The translations under genes were made by a program, and so were the position numbers. DNA of 64,000 nt from Polyangiales bacterium (GTDB lineage Bacteria; Myxococcota_A; Polyangia; Polyangiales; CBDCBC01): contig OZ243942.1 of assembly GCA_965214225.1 (NCBI GenBank), positions 3,106,035-3,170,034 on the forward strand, given 5' to 3'. Positions 25,958 through 35,856 of the stretch are shown here, piece by piece. The notes below the pieces were generated by a model that was not told where the DNA came from, ran no database searches, and saw only the letters and a program-made list of their open reading frames with translations. Every line of letters starts with the position of its first letter. Position 1 is the stretch's first letter.

Positions 25958-28120
25958 CTAGAACGCTTCGCCGATGGTAAGATTGTAGGCCCCTGGTATG
26001 CGGAAGAGTCCAAGGTCGAGGTCGAATGGCTGGCGACGCAACACAGCATCCCCTAAGGTTTGGAGTCCCGGTACCCGGTACCCTACGTCAAAGCGTAAGG
26101 GCCCGACAATCGTTTGGTAGCGAAGGCCCATACCCATAGACACTTGAGGACGGTCAAAGCGAAACTGCGTATTGTCGATAACGTCTCCCGCATCTGAAAA
26201 CAACACCACTCCGAAGTTCTCGCTCAGGCTGATCCGGAGTTCTGCCGACGTCTCCCATCGGCGCAGCCCCCCCTCCACCCCATCACCGAGGTAGCCGGGC
26301 ACGAAGCCGCGGTTGCTATTGGAGCCCCCGCCGCGCAAGCGGTATGAGTAGGGGCCTAGGCGCTCTCCTGCCGGATCGAGACCGGAGTCTGCCGCGACGA
26401 TGTGCATAATACCCAGTCTGAGCCGCGTTGCAAAGACGATGCCTAAAGGCAACGGCACGTAGAAGCGAACATCGGGGACTACACGGACGTACGTCCAGAA
26501 GGAGACCTCCGGCAGGAGCCCGGCGGTGTGAATGGAGAGGTCGGTGAAGAGCCCACGGGTCGCGCGTGTGGAGTCATCGCGCAGGTCCAGGTTGGCGTAA
26601 CTTTCCAGAAAGAGGACGCGGTAGCTTTGCAACTGCTGAACACCGGCCGTGCGGCGGTCCGCGTCGAAGCCCTGATCATCGAACGGGAAGAACATGTTAT
26701 AGTGAGCGGCGACTGTGCTGAAGACTGTGCCGCCGAGCGTGCTCCAAGACCGCTGCGGGCCGACGCGCGCATCGATGGCATCGCGTTGGAAGGGGCGCCC
26801 GAAGAGGTCGGGCCCCACATCCCACTGGGCACCGGCAACGAGGCTTGTGCGACCCTCCAGAAAATCAGGCCAGCGAGAATCAACCGTCAGCACGTTTCCA
26901 GGCAGCACTTCGCCTGGGGAGGGAAACTGGTTTCTGATGACCAGCTTCGGCCGCTCCTCAATCCGCACGCGTTGGAGTCCACCGAATGCGTTGCGGAACT
27001 CAGCAAAACCCAGCAGATGCACATCCCACTGCCGCACCTCCTGCGCGCTATAGCCCTCGAGCCGTGTGATCAAGCCCGACATGATGCCTGCGCCCACTCC
27101 CCAACGGAAAAGACGCCCAGGAACCACTTCGATCAGCACGGGTATGTCTCGACCGGGAGCCGCAGTGTCGGGTTCTACCTCCACAGACGAAAACGCACCG
27201 AGTGCGTAGATGGCGCGTTGCGCCTCCTCGATTGCGGTAACACTAAACGGCTGCCCACGGAGGAGGTTGGCCGTGTGAAGGACCACTTCCTTTGAAATTT
27301 TCTTGGCGTCACCCACACGAACCTGCACGTCACCGAACGTGCACGAGGGGCCCGGGAAGATCTCAAAGGTCACCTGCGCTTCGCGGGTTTGCGGGTTGAC
27401 GCGCACGTTGCCGCTGATGCGTGCCTTGGCATATGAGGAATCGCGCAAAATGCGGAGCAGCGACTCTTTGCTTTCGTCGTAGAGGGATTCATCGAAGGGC
27501 GCACCACGCTCAAGGAAGAGGGCGTTTCGCACGCCGCCCTCTACCTTTTCCGATAGCGGCTGATGACTGATGATGCGGATCTCGGACACGCGAACAGGCT
27601 GACCCTCTTCAACCTGGAGCCGAACGCGCACCTTGCACGCCTCGTCCTCCCCGCAGCCTCCAAATCCTGCGGTTCCGGCTGCCGCTTCGGGCGGATCAAC
27701 TTCGGTGCTCAGTACGCGGGCGTCGTAGTAGCCACGGGCGCGGTACCAGCGCTCGATGCGTTCAACGTCGCGCTGGAAAATGGCCCGATCGAATAGAGGC
27801 CACTCCGACCATGGCCACGAAGTGGGCCAGAAAGGCACCAGAACGTGGTCAGCATCAAAGGGTTCTTCGCCACACGTGGGACTTGGGTTGCGGCTGATGT
27901 CAAACTGCGGCTTTTCCCTCGCGCGGGTCGCAAGGCAGGCCTTAAGCGCTTGCTCATCCAGGCGCTCGGCTCCCTCAACTTCGAGCGAGGCAACGCCATA
28001 GCGGCGCTTTGGAATGCTGGCGCAGCTTGCCGCACCGAACGTGAGAAGCATGAGCAGCACGCACGCCCAGCGGGGTCTTTGCTTGTCCGGGAGCACATTG
28101 AGTGTGTGATGGGAGTACAT
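25958..28120 (-). CDS. Omp85-family outer-membrane protein partnered with TamB (TamA/TamL-like, apparently lipidated)
   Basis: POTRA-like repeats followed by a beta-barrel that ends in a terminal aromatic residue (...YNLTIGEAF). Start taken at ATG 28120, which gives MYSHHTLNVLPDKQRPRWACVLLMLLTFGAASCAS (signal peptide with lipobox). The longer track ORF would run into the miaB promoter region. Confidence 0.8.
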   Translation of the reverse strand: MYSHHTLNVLPDKQRPRWACVLLMLLTFGAASCASIPKRRYGVASLEVEGAERLDEQALKACLATRAREKPQFDISRNPSPTCGEEPFDADHVLVPFWPTSWPWSEWPLFDRAIFQRDVERIERWYRARGYYDARVLSTEVDPPEAAAGTAGFGGCGEDEACKVRVRLQVEEGQPVRVSEIRIISHQPLSEKVEGGVRNALFLERGAPFDESLYDESKESLLRILRDSSYAKARISGNVRVNPQTREAQVTFEIFPGPSCTFGDVQVRVGDAKKISKEVVLHTANLLRGQPFSVTAIEEAQRAIYALGAFSSVEVEPDTAAPGRDIPVLIEVVPGRLFRWGVGAGIMSGLITRLEGYSAQEVRQWDVHLLGFAEFRNAFGGLQRVRIEERPKLVIRNQFPSPGEVLPGNVLTVDSRWPDFLEGRTSLVAGAQWDVGPDLFGRPFQRDAIDARVGPQRSWSTLGGTVFSTVAAHYNMFFPFDDQGFDADRRTAGVQQLQSYRVLFLESYANLDLRDDSTRATRGLFTDLSIHTAGLLPEVSFWTYVRVVPDVRFYVPLPLGIVFATRLRLGIMHIVAADSGLDPAGERLGPYSYRLRGGGSNSNRGFVPGYLGDGVEGGLRRWETSAELRISLSENFGVVLFSDAGDVIDNTQFRFDRPQVSMGMGLRYQTIVGPLRFDVGYRVPGLQTLGDAVLRRQPFDLDLGLFRIPGAYNLTIGEAF

Positions 28121-28231
28121 AGCCGAAGGACCTGTGGAAGGCATCCTGCGGAGGGCATCATTCGTTGCGCGCCCCGCTGGCCCTCTGCGCAGACAACTGG
28201 CTCTCGTCCCGTAGGCTGCTACTTTGAGCCG

Positions 28232-29776
28232 ATGCGTTATGCCGTTCACACGTTTGGCTGCCAAATGAACATGCACGATTCAGAACGAATCGAAGAGGTG
28301 CTGATTCGAAGCGGGTATAGCAAAGCCAACGGCGTTTCGGATGCAGATCTCGTTTTATTTAATACCTGCAGCGTGCGCGAGAAGGCAGAGCACAAGCTAC
28401 TTAGCGCCGTTGGTAGACTTCGCCAAGAAAAGCAGGTGCGGCCCGAGCTTGTGATTGCAGTTGCGGGTTGTGTTGCGCAGCAGGAGGGTGAGGCGCTGCT
28501 CAAGCGGTCCGATCTCATCGATATCGTTTTGGGGCCGGATAATATTCCCGAGCTTCCGAAGTTCGTTGAAGCACTAAAAGAGGGCGCGCCGCGCATCTCG
28601 CACACGATCTTCGACCTTGAGCAACCCACGTTCCTGCAAGCCGATCCTTCGGTCAGAGCCACCTCCCTCTCGACCTTTGTCACGGTGATGAAGGGCTGCG
28701 ACGAACGCTGCACCTTCTGCATCGTCCCCTACACCCGTGGCTCAGAGCGCTACCGCTCAGCCGATGCCATCGTGCAGGAGATTCAAGCTCTGGTGGCGGC
28801 AGGTACGGCAGAGGTCACGCTCCTTGGACAGACGGTTAACTCGTGGCATGAGCCCGGCGCGGATCAGGGCGAGCTTTCGCAGTTCTCCAAGCTTCTGCGG
28901 CGCATCGCACAGGAGGTGCCTAACCTCCGACGTTTGCGGTATACGTCGCCTCACCCGCGGCATGTGACAGACGCGTTGCTTTCTGCCCATCGCGACATTG
29001 AGGTGCTCGCAGAGCACGTGCATCTCCCGTTGCAGTCTGGTTCGGACCGCGTGCTTCGAAGGATGCTCCGGCGCTACAGCCGCGAAAAGTTCCTCTCTGC
29101 GGCGTCCGCGCTCAAGGCTACGCGGCCCGGACTGACGCTGTCCACCGACATCATCGTCGGGTTTCCCGGAGAGACTGAGGCGGATTTCCAGAAAACGCTT
29201 GAGGTGGTGAAAGAAGCGGCATTTAGCTCCGCCTTTCTCTTCAAATATTCCAAACGCCCGGGGACGCCGGCGCTAAAGCTTGAGGGTGAGGTCGAACCGA
29301 AGGTGGTTGAGGAGCGCTTTGAGCGGCTTTTGCGGCTAACGGAGGCGCAGCAGCAGCAGCACCTCAAGAGCCTTGTGGGAACAGAGCAGCGGGTTCTCAT
29401 CGAGGGCGCGAGCCGGAGCGGGCAAGGGCAGGTCTTCGGGCGCACCAAGCGCAATGAGATAGTCCATGTGCAAGCGGGCTCCGCCGTGCTTGGAGGCTCC
29501 GCCGTGCCTGGAGGCTCGAGTGAAGTGCCGGTCAGGGTCCTGCGCGCCAATCGGCACTCGCTGTTGGGTCAGGTGCTGCCGGGTGCAGTGCCTAGCGGTG
29601 TGCATGCAAGCGATGTGCTGCCAACTCACGTGCCGTCGGGAGAGGGCTTATCCGGACAGGGCTCATCTGGTGCTCAGTTCTCGATGAGTCCAGTGCCTGC
29701 CGGACCGGAGACGGAAGTCGCTGCGAAGGCTGTAAAACGCCGGCACCTCCCGATCCTCGACTCGGCTGTGGCGTGA
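28232..29776 (+). CDS. miaB: tRNA-2-methylthio-N6-dimethylallyladenosine synthase MiaB
   Basis: MRYAVHTFGCQMNMHDSERI (UPF0004 cluster), radical-SAM motif CDERCTFCIVP, and a TRAM-like C-terminus followed by a low-complexity tail containing a 21-bp duplication (GSAVLGGSAVPGGS). Confidence 0.9.
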   Translation: MRYAVHTFGCQMNMHDSERIEEVLIRSGYSKANGVSDADLVLFNTCSVREKAEHKLLSAVGRLRQEKQVRPELVIAVAGCVAQQEGEALLKRSDLIDIVLGPDNIPELPKFVEALKEGAPRISHTIFDLEQPTFLQADPSVRATSLSTFVTVMKGCDERCTFCIVPYTRGSERYRSADAIVQEIQALVAAGTAEVTLLGQTVNSWHEPGADQGELSQFSKLLRRIAQEVPNLRRLRYTSPHPRHVTDALLSAHRDIEVLAEHVHLPLQSGSDRVLRRMLRRYSREKFLSAASALKATRPGLTLSTDIIVGFPGETEADFQKTLEVVKEAAFSSAFLFKYSKRPGTPALKLEGEVEPKVVEERFERLLRLTEAQQQQHLKSLVGTEQRVLIEGASRSGQGQVFGRTKRNEIVHVQAGSAVLGGSAVPGGSSEVPVRVLRANRHSLLGQVLPGAVPSGVHASDVLPTHVPSGEGLSGQGSSGAQFSMSPVPAGPETEVAAKAVKRRHLPILDSAVA

Positions 29777-30186
29777 AGCCTACGCACAAGCTGCGTGGGC
29801 GATGGGCAGGCGTGTTCAAGCGCTGGGCCCCCGCCGTTCTCTACATGATGCTCATCTGGCTCGGCTCGGCGGTGCCGTCCAACTCGCGACTGATGCCCGA
29901 TGTCGGGATCACAGGCGCTGATAAAGTGGTACATTTTGCCGAGTTCATGGTCCTTGGCATCCTGCTGAGTCTTCCTCTAGTCCACCGCACCTCGTTTCGT
30001 CCGGCGCTTTGGGTGTGGGGGATTTGCGTGTGCTGGGGCGCGCTGGACGAGCTCCATCAGGTGTATGTGCCTGGCCGTGAGCCGGACGTATTGGATCTGT
30101 GTGCGGACGCACTGGGCGCGTCATTCGGCATCGCGGCCACGCGCTACTTGGGCACGCGTCGGCGGACGGGTTCAGTTAATACCTAA
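29773..30186 (+). CDS. VanZ-like family membrane protein
   Basis: 137 aa with 4 TM segments, plus DKVVHFAEF and ALDELHQVYVPGREPDVLDLCADALG, which are typical of VanZ-like proteins. Confidence 0.7.
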   Translation: MKPTHKLRGRWAGVFKRWAPAVLYMMLIWLGSAVPSNSRLMPDVGITGADKVVHFAEFMVLGILLSLPLVHRTSFRPALWVWGICVCWGALDELHQVYVPGREPDVLDLCADALGASFGIAATRYLGTRRRTGSVNT

Positions 30187-30218
30187 CCATAGTTAATATC
30201 TAACACAGGTTAGATATC

Positions 30219-32021
30219 TTACTCGCTGCCTACGCGCAGCACGGCATGGAAGGCTTCCTGCGGGATTTCCACGCGGCCCACGGACTTCATCCGCCGCTTG
30301 CCGGCTTTCTGCTTCTCTAAAAGTTTCCGCTTGCGGCTGATGTCGCCGCCGTAGCACTTTGCAGTGACATCCTTGCGCATCGCCCGGACCGTCTCCCGCG
30401 CGATAATGCGCGCACCGAGCGCCGCCTGAATGGCCACTTCATACTGCTGCTGTGGAACAATCTCTTTGAGCTTTTCAGCCAAAGCTCGGCCCATGTGGTA
30501 GGCCTTGTCGCGGTGTACGATGGCGCTGAGCGCATCCACCCGGTCACCGTTGATCAGCATGTCCAGCCGGACGAGCGGATTCCGCATGTAATCCGTCACT
30601 TCGTAGTCCATTGATGCGTAGCCCTTGGTCAGAGACTTCAGCCTGTCGAAGAAGTCGAACAGCGATTCGGCCATGGGTAGCTCGTACGTGATGATGACGC
30701 GGTCGGCCGAAGCATACTGGACGTTCTTCTGGATGCCACGCCGCTCCTCGCACAAGCTAATCACAGCGCCCACAAAGCGGCTCGGCGTGTGGAGCGACAT
30801 CTGCACATAGGGCTCCTCGATTCGGTCGATCTTGCCGGGGTCCGGCAGCCGCGAAGGGTTCTCTACAAGGAGCACCTCATTGTCAACGGTGTAGACCTTG
30901 TAGATGACGCTTGGGGCTGTCGTGACAAGGTCAAGATTATATTCCCGCTCAAGCCTCTCCTGCACCACGTCCATGTGCAGCAGTCCAAGGAACCCGCAGC
31001 GAAACCCAAGACCGAGCGCGTCTGAGGAGTCGGGTTCAAAGGCCAGGGCAGCGTCGTTGAGCTGCAGTTTCTCCAGCGCCTCCCGCAGCTCGCCGTACTG
31101 ATCGCTGTCACTGGGAAACACACCAGAAAACACCATCGGCTTGATCTCTTGAAAGCCGGGAAGGGGTGAGGCAGCAGGCTCGCGTGCGAGGGTGATCGTG
31201 TCGCCTACCTTGGTTTCGGTGACGGACTTAATGCTCGCCGAAATGAATCCCACTTCGCCTGCTCGAAGCTCGGAGAGTGCCTGCGGAAACGGAGAAAAAA
31301 CACCAAGCTCGGTAACGTCATATTCGCTTTTGCCCACCATCATGCGCATCCGGTCGCCCTTGCGCAGCACGCCGTCGACCACGCGTACCATCACCATTGC
31401 GCCTCGGTAGGCGTCGTACCAGCTGTCGAATATCAGCGCGCGGAGCGGCACGTCGCGCCTGGCGGTTGGCGGAGGAACTTCACGCACGATGGCCTCGAGT
31501 ACGTTGTCTACCCCTTCGCCGGTTTTGCCACTCGCCGCCACGGCATGTGTGGTGTCCAGGCCGATGACTTCCCGAACCTCGCGCTCGACACGCTCGACGT
31601 CGGCGCCTGGAAGGTCCACCTTGTTGAACACCGGAACAATAGCCAGGTCATTCTCTACAGCCAAGTAGGTGTTAGCCAGAGTTTGCGCCTCCACGCCTTG
31701 CGTCGCATCCACAATGAGCAAGGCCCCTTCGCAGGCAGCAAGAGAGCGTGAAACTTCGTAGCTAAAATCCACGTGACCCGGCGTGTCAATCAGATTGAGC
31801 TGGTAGACTTGACCGTCTTTTGCTGTGTACGACAGACGAACGGTTTGCGCCTTGATCGTGATCCCGCGCTCTTTCTCAAGTTCCATCTTGTCGAGAAACT
31901 GCTCGGTGCGCTCACGCGCCGACAGCGCGCCGGTTACATCGAGAATGCGGTCTGCCAGGGTGCTCTTGCCGTGGTCTATATGAGCGATGATCGAAAAGTT
32001 GCGGATGTGACTGGCTTCCAT
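30219..32021 (-). CDS. lepA: translation elongation factor 4 (LepA)
   Basis: [34 protein letters not shown], and the LepA-specific C-terminus (...[26 protein letters not shown]). Confidence 0.97.
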   Translation of the reverse strand: MEASHIRNFSIIAHIDHGKSTLADRILDVTGALSARERTEQFLDKMELEKERGITIKAQTVRLSYTAKDGQVYQLNLIDTPGHVDFSYEVSRSLAACEGALLIVDATQGVEAQTLANTYLAVENDLAIVPVFNKVDLPGADVERVEREVREVIGLDTTHAVAASGKTGEGVDNVLEAIVREVPPPTARRDVPLRALIFDSWYDAYRGAMVMVRVVDGVLRKGDRMRMMVGKSEYDVTELGVFSPFPQALSELRAGEVGFISASIKSVTETKVGDTITLAREPAASPLPGFQEIKPMVFSGVFPSDSDQYGELREALEKLQLNDAALAFEPDSSDALGLGFRCGFLGLLHMDVVQERLEREYNLDLVTTAPSVIYKVYTVDNEVLLVENPSRLPDPGKIDRIEEPYVQMSLHTPSRFVGAVISLCEERRGIQKNVQYASADRVIITYELPMAESLFDFFDRLKSLTKGYASMDYEVTDYMRNPLVRLDMLINGDRVDALSAIVHRDKAYHMGRALAEKLKEIVPQQQYEVAIQAALGARIIARETVRAMRKDVTAKCYGGDISRKRKLLEKQKAGKRRMKSVGRVEIPQEAFHAVLRVGSE

Positions 32022-32173
32022 GGCACCAACGTTCGCGGTTATCTCAAGCTTCTGCTGGGCGCGGTGAGGCCACTGCGACCAGCTCGGAGAAGCTAGCTTA
32101 CCGACCTCTGCTGCTCAACCTGCCCAACCTGCTCATCTCGGTTAATCTGCGCCACTCGGCCTAGCTGAGGCCT

Positions 32174-32348
32174 GTAAGTGTTCAGCCCCCCTCGAAGGCG
32201 TAAACCACGGTTTCCGAGGATGTGTCAGAATCGGCTTCGTCCTCCGGCGTCGTCGTTACGCACAAAAGTGCGCGCCTCCTAGCTGTGCGGGCGCGCCCGA
32301 TGCTGAAACACCCTCGAAAACCGCATAGGCTTGGGGGGTGAATGCATA
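32174..32348 (-). mobile_element. MITE-like non-autonomous element, copy B (about 175 bp)
   Basis: Reverse complement matches copy A (1021-1227) apart from a 30-35 bp deletion and a few substitutions. Flanked by its own direct repeat CTGAGGCCT at 32165-32173 and 32349-32357. Lies 10 bp beyond the stop of the RHH gene. Confidence 0.7.
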
Positions 32349-32367
32349 CTGAGGCCTTGGCTGCCGC

Positions 32368-32562
32368 TTATGAACTTCGTCGTGCAACCTCTTCCAAGCT
32401 GAGCTGTCCTGGAAGCTCTTCTGCATACCGCCGAAGGACGAGGTCGATTCCCTCCCGAATGTACACGGCGATTGGCACCTTTGTGCGCTCATGAAGGGCT
32501 TTGAGCCGCTCATTTTGCTCTGCGGTGATGTAAATTGTGGTGGAAATCTTCTTCCGGCCCAT
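32368..32562 (-). CDS. ribbon-helix-helix (CopG/Arc-like) DNA-binding protein
   Basis: 64 aa. KKISTTIYITAEQNERLKALHERTKVPIAVYIREGIDLVL follows the beta-strand/helix/helix RHH pattern. No adjacent toxin or ParA gene is recognisable. Confidence 0.65.
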   Translation of the reverse strand: MGRKKISTTIYITAEQNERLKALHERTKVPIAVYIREGIDLVLRRYAEELPGQLSLEEVARRSS

Positions 32563-33097
32563 GCCGCTTGCCTACCCGCGCGCTTCTGCGCCTTAAAGAG
32601 CACAGAAAGTTCCATAAAAGTAGCACGAAACCCGCGCAGCCGACTACTTCTTGGTCGTCACCGGTCAGAGGCAGACCCACCAGGAAGGCACGCCCGCCGA
32701 GGAGGTTGCGCATCCGGCTTTCTTCGTTGAACGCCATCCTCACGCACCTTGGTTACCTTGGTGCGCCCCGGTGGGCCTGGTGTGCAAAATCAACCTGGGA
32801 GGCGCTTGAAGGCGTGAGGTAAGTCAGCCCGAGTGCGGAGCACCCCTGGCCGTCTGCATCGGCTGCTAAGGCCGTGATGATGGAGCGCGTAGACCGGACG
32901 CGGGTAGCGGGAGGCGTTACGCGGTTCATCACGGCCTAGTTGGCTTTTTATGGGCGTCGTGCCAAAATATCGGCCAATCTAAGGGCAGCTTGCCGGAGGC
33001 GGCTTGTCAGCGCCGAAGGGACGAAGTGGCGGCGCGGAAGAAGTGGCCGCGCACATGCCGTTCTCCGGACGGCCTCAGGACTCGATCGAGGAGATCT

Positions 33098-33868
33098 ATG
33101 AAGAAGCGTCTCAGCCAAAACGACCTCCGGCTCCAAACGGCCTCTGCTCTGCTGGGCTACGCCACTCTTGCAATGGTCGGCGTTGCATGCGGTGGAGGCG
33201 ACAAGGCGCTGAAAGGTTCGAAGAGCAGCACCACGATTCTCAAGCAATGCAAGGCATCAGGTCACCGAGTCACCGAGGTTGATGTCAACAACGACAAGCG
33301 CGCCGATGTGCGCCACTTCTTCAAGGAGACTAAACGCGTTTGTTCTAAGTTCGACATGAACTTCGACGGCGTAGCGGATGCCACCCGCTACTACTCGCCC
33401 GTCACAGGGCAGCCTGTGCGGGAGTACGACGACTTCGACTTCGACGGCAAGACCGATCAGATCGTGTTCTTTGAGAAGGGCAAGCTTGCGCGCAAGGAGC
33501 TGGACACCAACTTCGATATGTCGATCGATACGTGGATGTGGTGCGACGGAGCCTATGTGGTGAAGGTTGAGCGGGACCGAAACAGAGACGGCAAGGCCGA
33601 CGCGTGGGAGCACTACGCTAAGGGGAAACTGGCGCAAGCAAGCTACGACGACAACAACAACACGAAGCCGGAGCGCTGGGAGAGGTACCGGGACGGTCGC
33701 TTGGTTGAGGTTCATGAAGACCTCGACAACGACGGGACCGTGGACCGGAAGGAAGCGGTCCGGGTTGAGGATGCTGGTCCCGAGGTGGCGTCACTGATGT
33801 GCGAGACACCCGCGTCTGATACTAAGAAAGCAGAAGCGACGCGCGGGAAAGCAGGGGCGGCGCAATGA
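33098..33868 (+). CDS. lipoprotein with repeated DxDxDG-type (calcium-binding-like) motifs
   Basis: MKKRLSQNDLRLQTASALLGYATLAMVGVACGG (lipobox). Repeats DVNNDKRADV, DMNFDGVAD, DFDFDGKTD, DRNRDGKAD, DLDNDGTVD. Confidence 0.7.
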   Translation: MKKRLSQNDLRLQTASALLGYATLAMVGVACGGGDKALKGSKSSTTILKQCKASGHRVTEVDVNNDKRADVRHFFKETKRVCSKFDMNFDGVADATRYYSPVTGQPVREYDDFDFDGKTDQIVFFEKGKLARKELDTNFDMSIDTWMWCDGAYVVKVERDRNRDGKADAWEHYAKGKLAQASYDDNNNTKPERWERYRDGRLVEVHEDLDNDGTVDRKEAVRVEDAGPEVASLMCETPASDTKKAEATRGKAGAAQ

Positions 33869-34686
33869 GACGGGTGCGGACGACGATGACAGGCTCCATG
33901 AGGATGATTGGCGCGCCATGGGTGGCGCTTCTCATGGTGGGGTGTGGGGGAAGTCAGAAGCAGGTCGAGGCGGCGCAGACGGTGGAATCTGTCGAGCGCG
34001 CCACCCCGCTTAGCGGACTAACGGCTCCGATAAGAAAGCTCAAGCTTAGCCGATGCGATGCGATTCGAGAGAACCGGGAGCTCAAGGAGTACGACACCAA
34101 CAACGACATGATAAACGATGTGCGGAAGGTGTTCATCCTCGCAGGCGCAGCGCCCGCCGTCCGCCGCATCCTTATCTGCCGCGAAGCGGATATTGACCAC
34201 GATATGCGGAAGGATGTCATTCGTTACTACGACGATGAGGGCCGCGCTGAGCAAGAGGAGGCCGACCGCGACTTCGATGGAAAGATTGATAGCGTCACCT
34301 TCTTTGAAGACGGCGCGATAGCGCGCGAAGAGGCCGACCTCAATCGTGATGGATGGGTCGACATCCGCACCTACTACGAGGACGGACACGTGATTCGAAC
34401 CGAGCGCGATTTGGCGCGACGCAGCCGAGGCGGAAAGTGGAAGCCCGACCGCTGGGAATACTTCGAGGAAGGAAGGCTTGTCCGCATGGGCTCCGATTTG
34501 GACGGAGATGGGAAGGTTGATCGTTGGGATCGGGACTTCGAGCTCAAGCCGAAGTATTCGTCTTCGCTTCTAGAAAATCAGGCGGTCGATCGCGACGAGG
34601 CCTACGCCACCGGCACTGAGAAAGAGGAAGATTCGGACGACGGGGCGGCAAGCGAGAAGGAAGAGAAGCCCGTCGAAGCTGATTAG
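33865..34686 (+). CDS. lipoprotein with DxDxDG-type repeats (tandem paralogue of 33098-33868)
   Basis: Start overlaps the preceding stop (ATGA). Lipobox LLMVGCGG. Repeats DTNNDMINDV, DIDHDMRKDV, DRDFDGKID, DLNRDGWVD, DLDGDGKVD. Acidic tail. Confidence 0.7.
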   Translation: MRRVRTTMTGSMRMIGAPWVALLMVGCGGSQKQVEAAQTVESVERATPLSGLTAPIRKLKLSRCDAIRENRELKEYDTNNDMINDVRKVFILAGAAPAVRRILICREADIDHDMRKDVIRYYDDEGRAEQEEADRDFDGKIDSVTFFEDGAIAREEADLNRDGWVDIRTYYEDGHVIRTERDLARRSRGGKWKPDRWEYFEEGRLVRMGSDLDGDGKVDRWDRDFELKPKYSSSLLENQAVDRDEAYATGTEKEEDSDDGAASEKEEKPVEAD

Positions 34687-34767
34687 GGCTTCAGGGGTCG
34701 TCATGATGACCTCCCTTGTTCGCGGCGGCGGGGTGACCGGGCCGCTGTTCATGCTACGTGAGGCGGC

Positions 34768-35487
34768 GTGGCAAAGGAGCGTTTGCAGAAGATCCTCTCT
34801 CAGGGGGGCATCGCCTCAAGGCGACGCGCCGAGGACATGATCCGCGAGGGGCGCGTCACCGTGAACGGGACGGTGGCGTCGATCGGCATGCAAGCCGACC
34901 CCACCAAGGATGAGGTGGCGGTCGATGGCACGGCCGTGAGCCGTGAGTCCCGCCGCTATTATCTGTTTAATAAGCCGCGCGGAGTCGTCACCACAATGCA
35001 CGATCCCGAAGGCAGGTCCAAAGTGGCAGACTATGCCGTGGATCTCCCGGTGCGGGTGCGTCCGGTGGGGCGCCTCGACATTAACACCGGTGGGGCGCTG
35101 CTGCTGACCAACGACGGGGAACTGGCGCATCGCCTGCTCCAGGCCCAGCGCAAAGTGATGAAAGTCTACCGCGTGAAGATCAATGGCATCCTTGAGGTGC
35201 GGCAAATCGAGCGATTGATGGCTGGCGTTCGGCTAGATGATGGCAAAGTGACCGCGCCTGCTCAGCTCATCGTGCTTTCCGAGGATAGCGCGACGTCACT
35301 GATTCAACTTACGCTCCATCAGGGCATGAATCACCAGGTGCATCGGATGATGGAGTCCGTCGGACTTAAGGTCATGCGCTTGATCCGTACCTCATTTGCT
35401 GGGCTTACAGTGGAGACCTTGCGCTCTGGGAAGCTGCGAGAGCTCCGTGCCGCCGAGGTGCGTCGTCTCAAGCGTCTTGTGGAGTGA
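34768..35487 (+). CDS. pseudouridine synthase, RsuA/RluB family (S4 domain plus catalytic domain)
   Basis: S4-like N-terminus (ERLQKILSQGGIASRRRAEDMIREGRVTVNG) and catalytic motif VGRLDINTGGALLLTNDGELAHRL. Confidence 0.88.
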   Translation: MAKERLQKILSQGGIASRRRAEDMIREGRVTVNGTVASIGMQADPTKDEVAVDGTAVSRESRRYYLFNKPRGVVTTMHDPEGRSKVADYAVDLPVRVRPVGRLDINTGGALLLTNDGELAHRLLQAQRKVMKVYRVKINGILEVRQIERLMAGVRLDDGKVTAPAQLIVLSEDSATSLIQLTLHQGMNHQVHRMMESVGLKVMRLIRTSFAGLTVETLRSGKLRELRAAEVRRLKRLVE

Positions 35488-35732
35488 AGGCGCAGTTATG
35501 ACACATGCCATATTCTTGCACCGGCAACTCTGCGGGTCGAGAAGCAGGTAGGGCGGGATGGGGCATCGCCCTCATTTGCAGTACGCTATCCGTCCGGTGA
35601 AGCTGTCAAGCCAGCGAGCATCGGGTCTCGGGATGAGGCCGACAGATGATCACACACTGCGACAGATGTCCACGGCTCACGATGAGGAGGAGCGCGGCGT
35701 GCAAGCATCATCAGATGGCATGTCAGAACGCC

Positions 35733-35760
35733 TTGACACAACGCCTTACATGAACATAAT
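35733..35760 (+). promoter_or_regulatory. sigma-70-type promoter candidate for tRNA-fMet
   Basis: TTGACA (35733-35738), a 16-nt spacer, then CATAAT (35755-35760), about 20 nt upstream of the tRNA 5' end. Confidence 0.5.
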
Positions 35761-35779
35761 CCCGCTCTGACCACACAGA

Positions 35780-35855
<76 letters not shown>

Positions 35856-35856
<1 letters not shown>

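Noticed and set aside
27845-28231. Upstream extension of miaB (track ORF from 27845), and similar extensions of the response regulator (19988), Omp85 (28276), birA (63983), erpA (58619), hsp20 (45637), the lipoprotein at 7147-8025 and oppB (51552).
   Set aside because: The extensions overlap neighbouring genes on the same or the opposite strand and lack family similarity. Internal starts give canonical N-termini or signal peptides, often with an RBS or ATGA/GTGA coupling.
32368-32562. The RHH protein as the antitoxin of a toxin-antitoxin pair or as a ParG-type partition protein.
   Set aside because: No credible toxin or ParA ORF is adjacent. The downstream sequence is the MITE and then lepA. 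The upstream overlapping ORF (32510-32743) is out of frame and low complexity.
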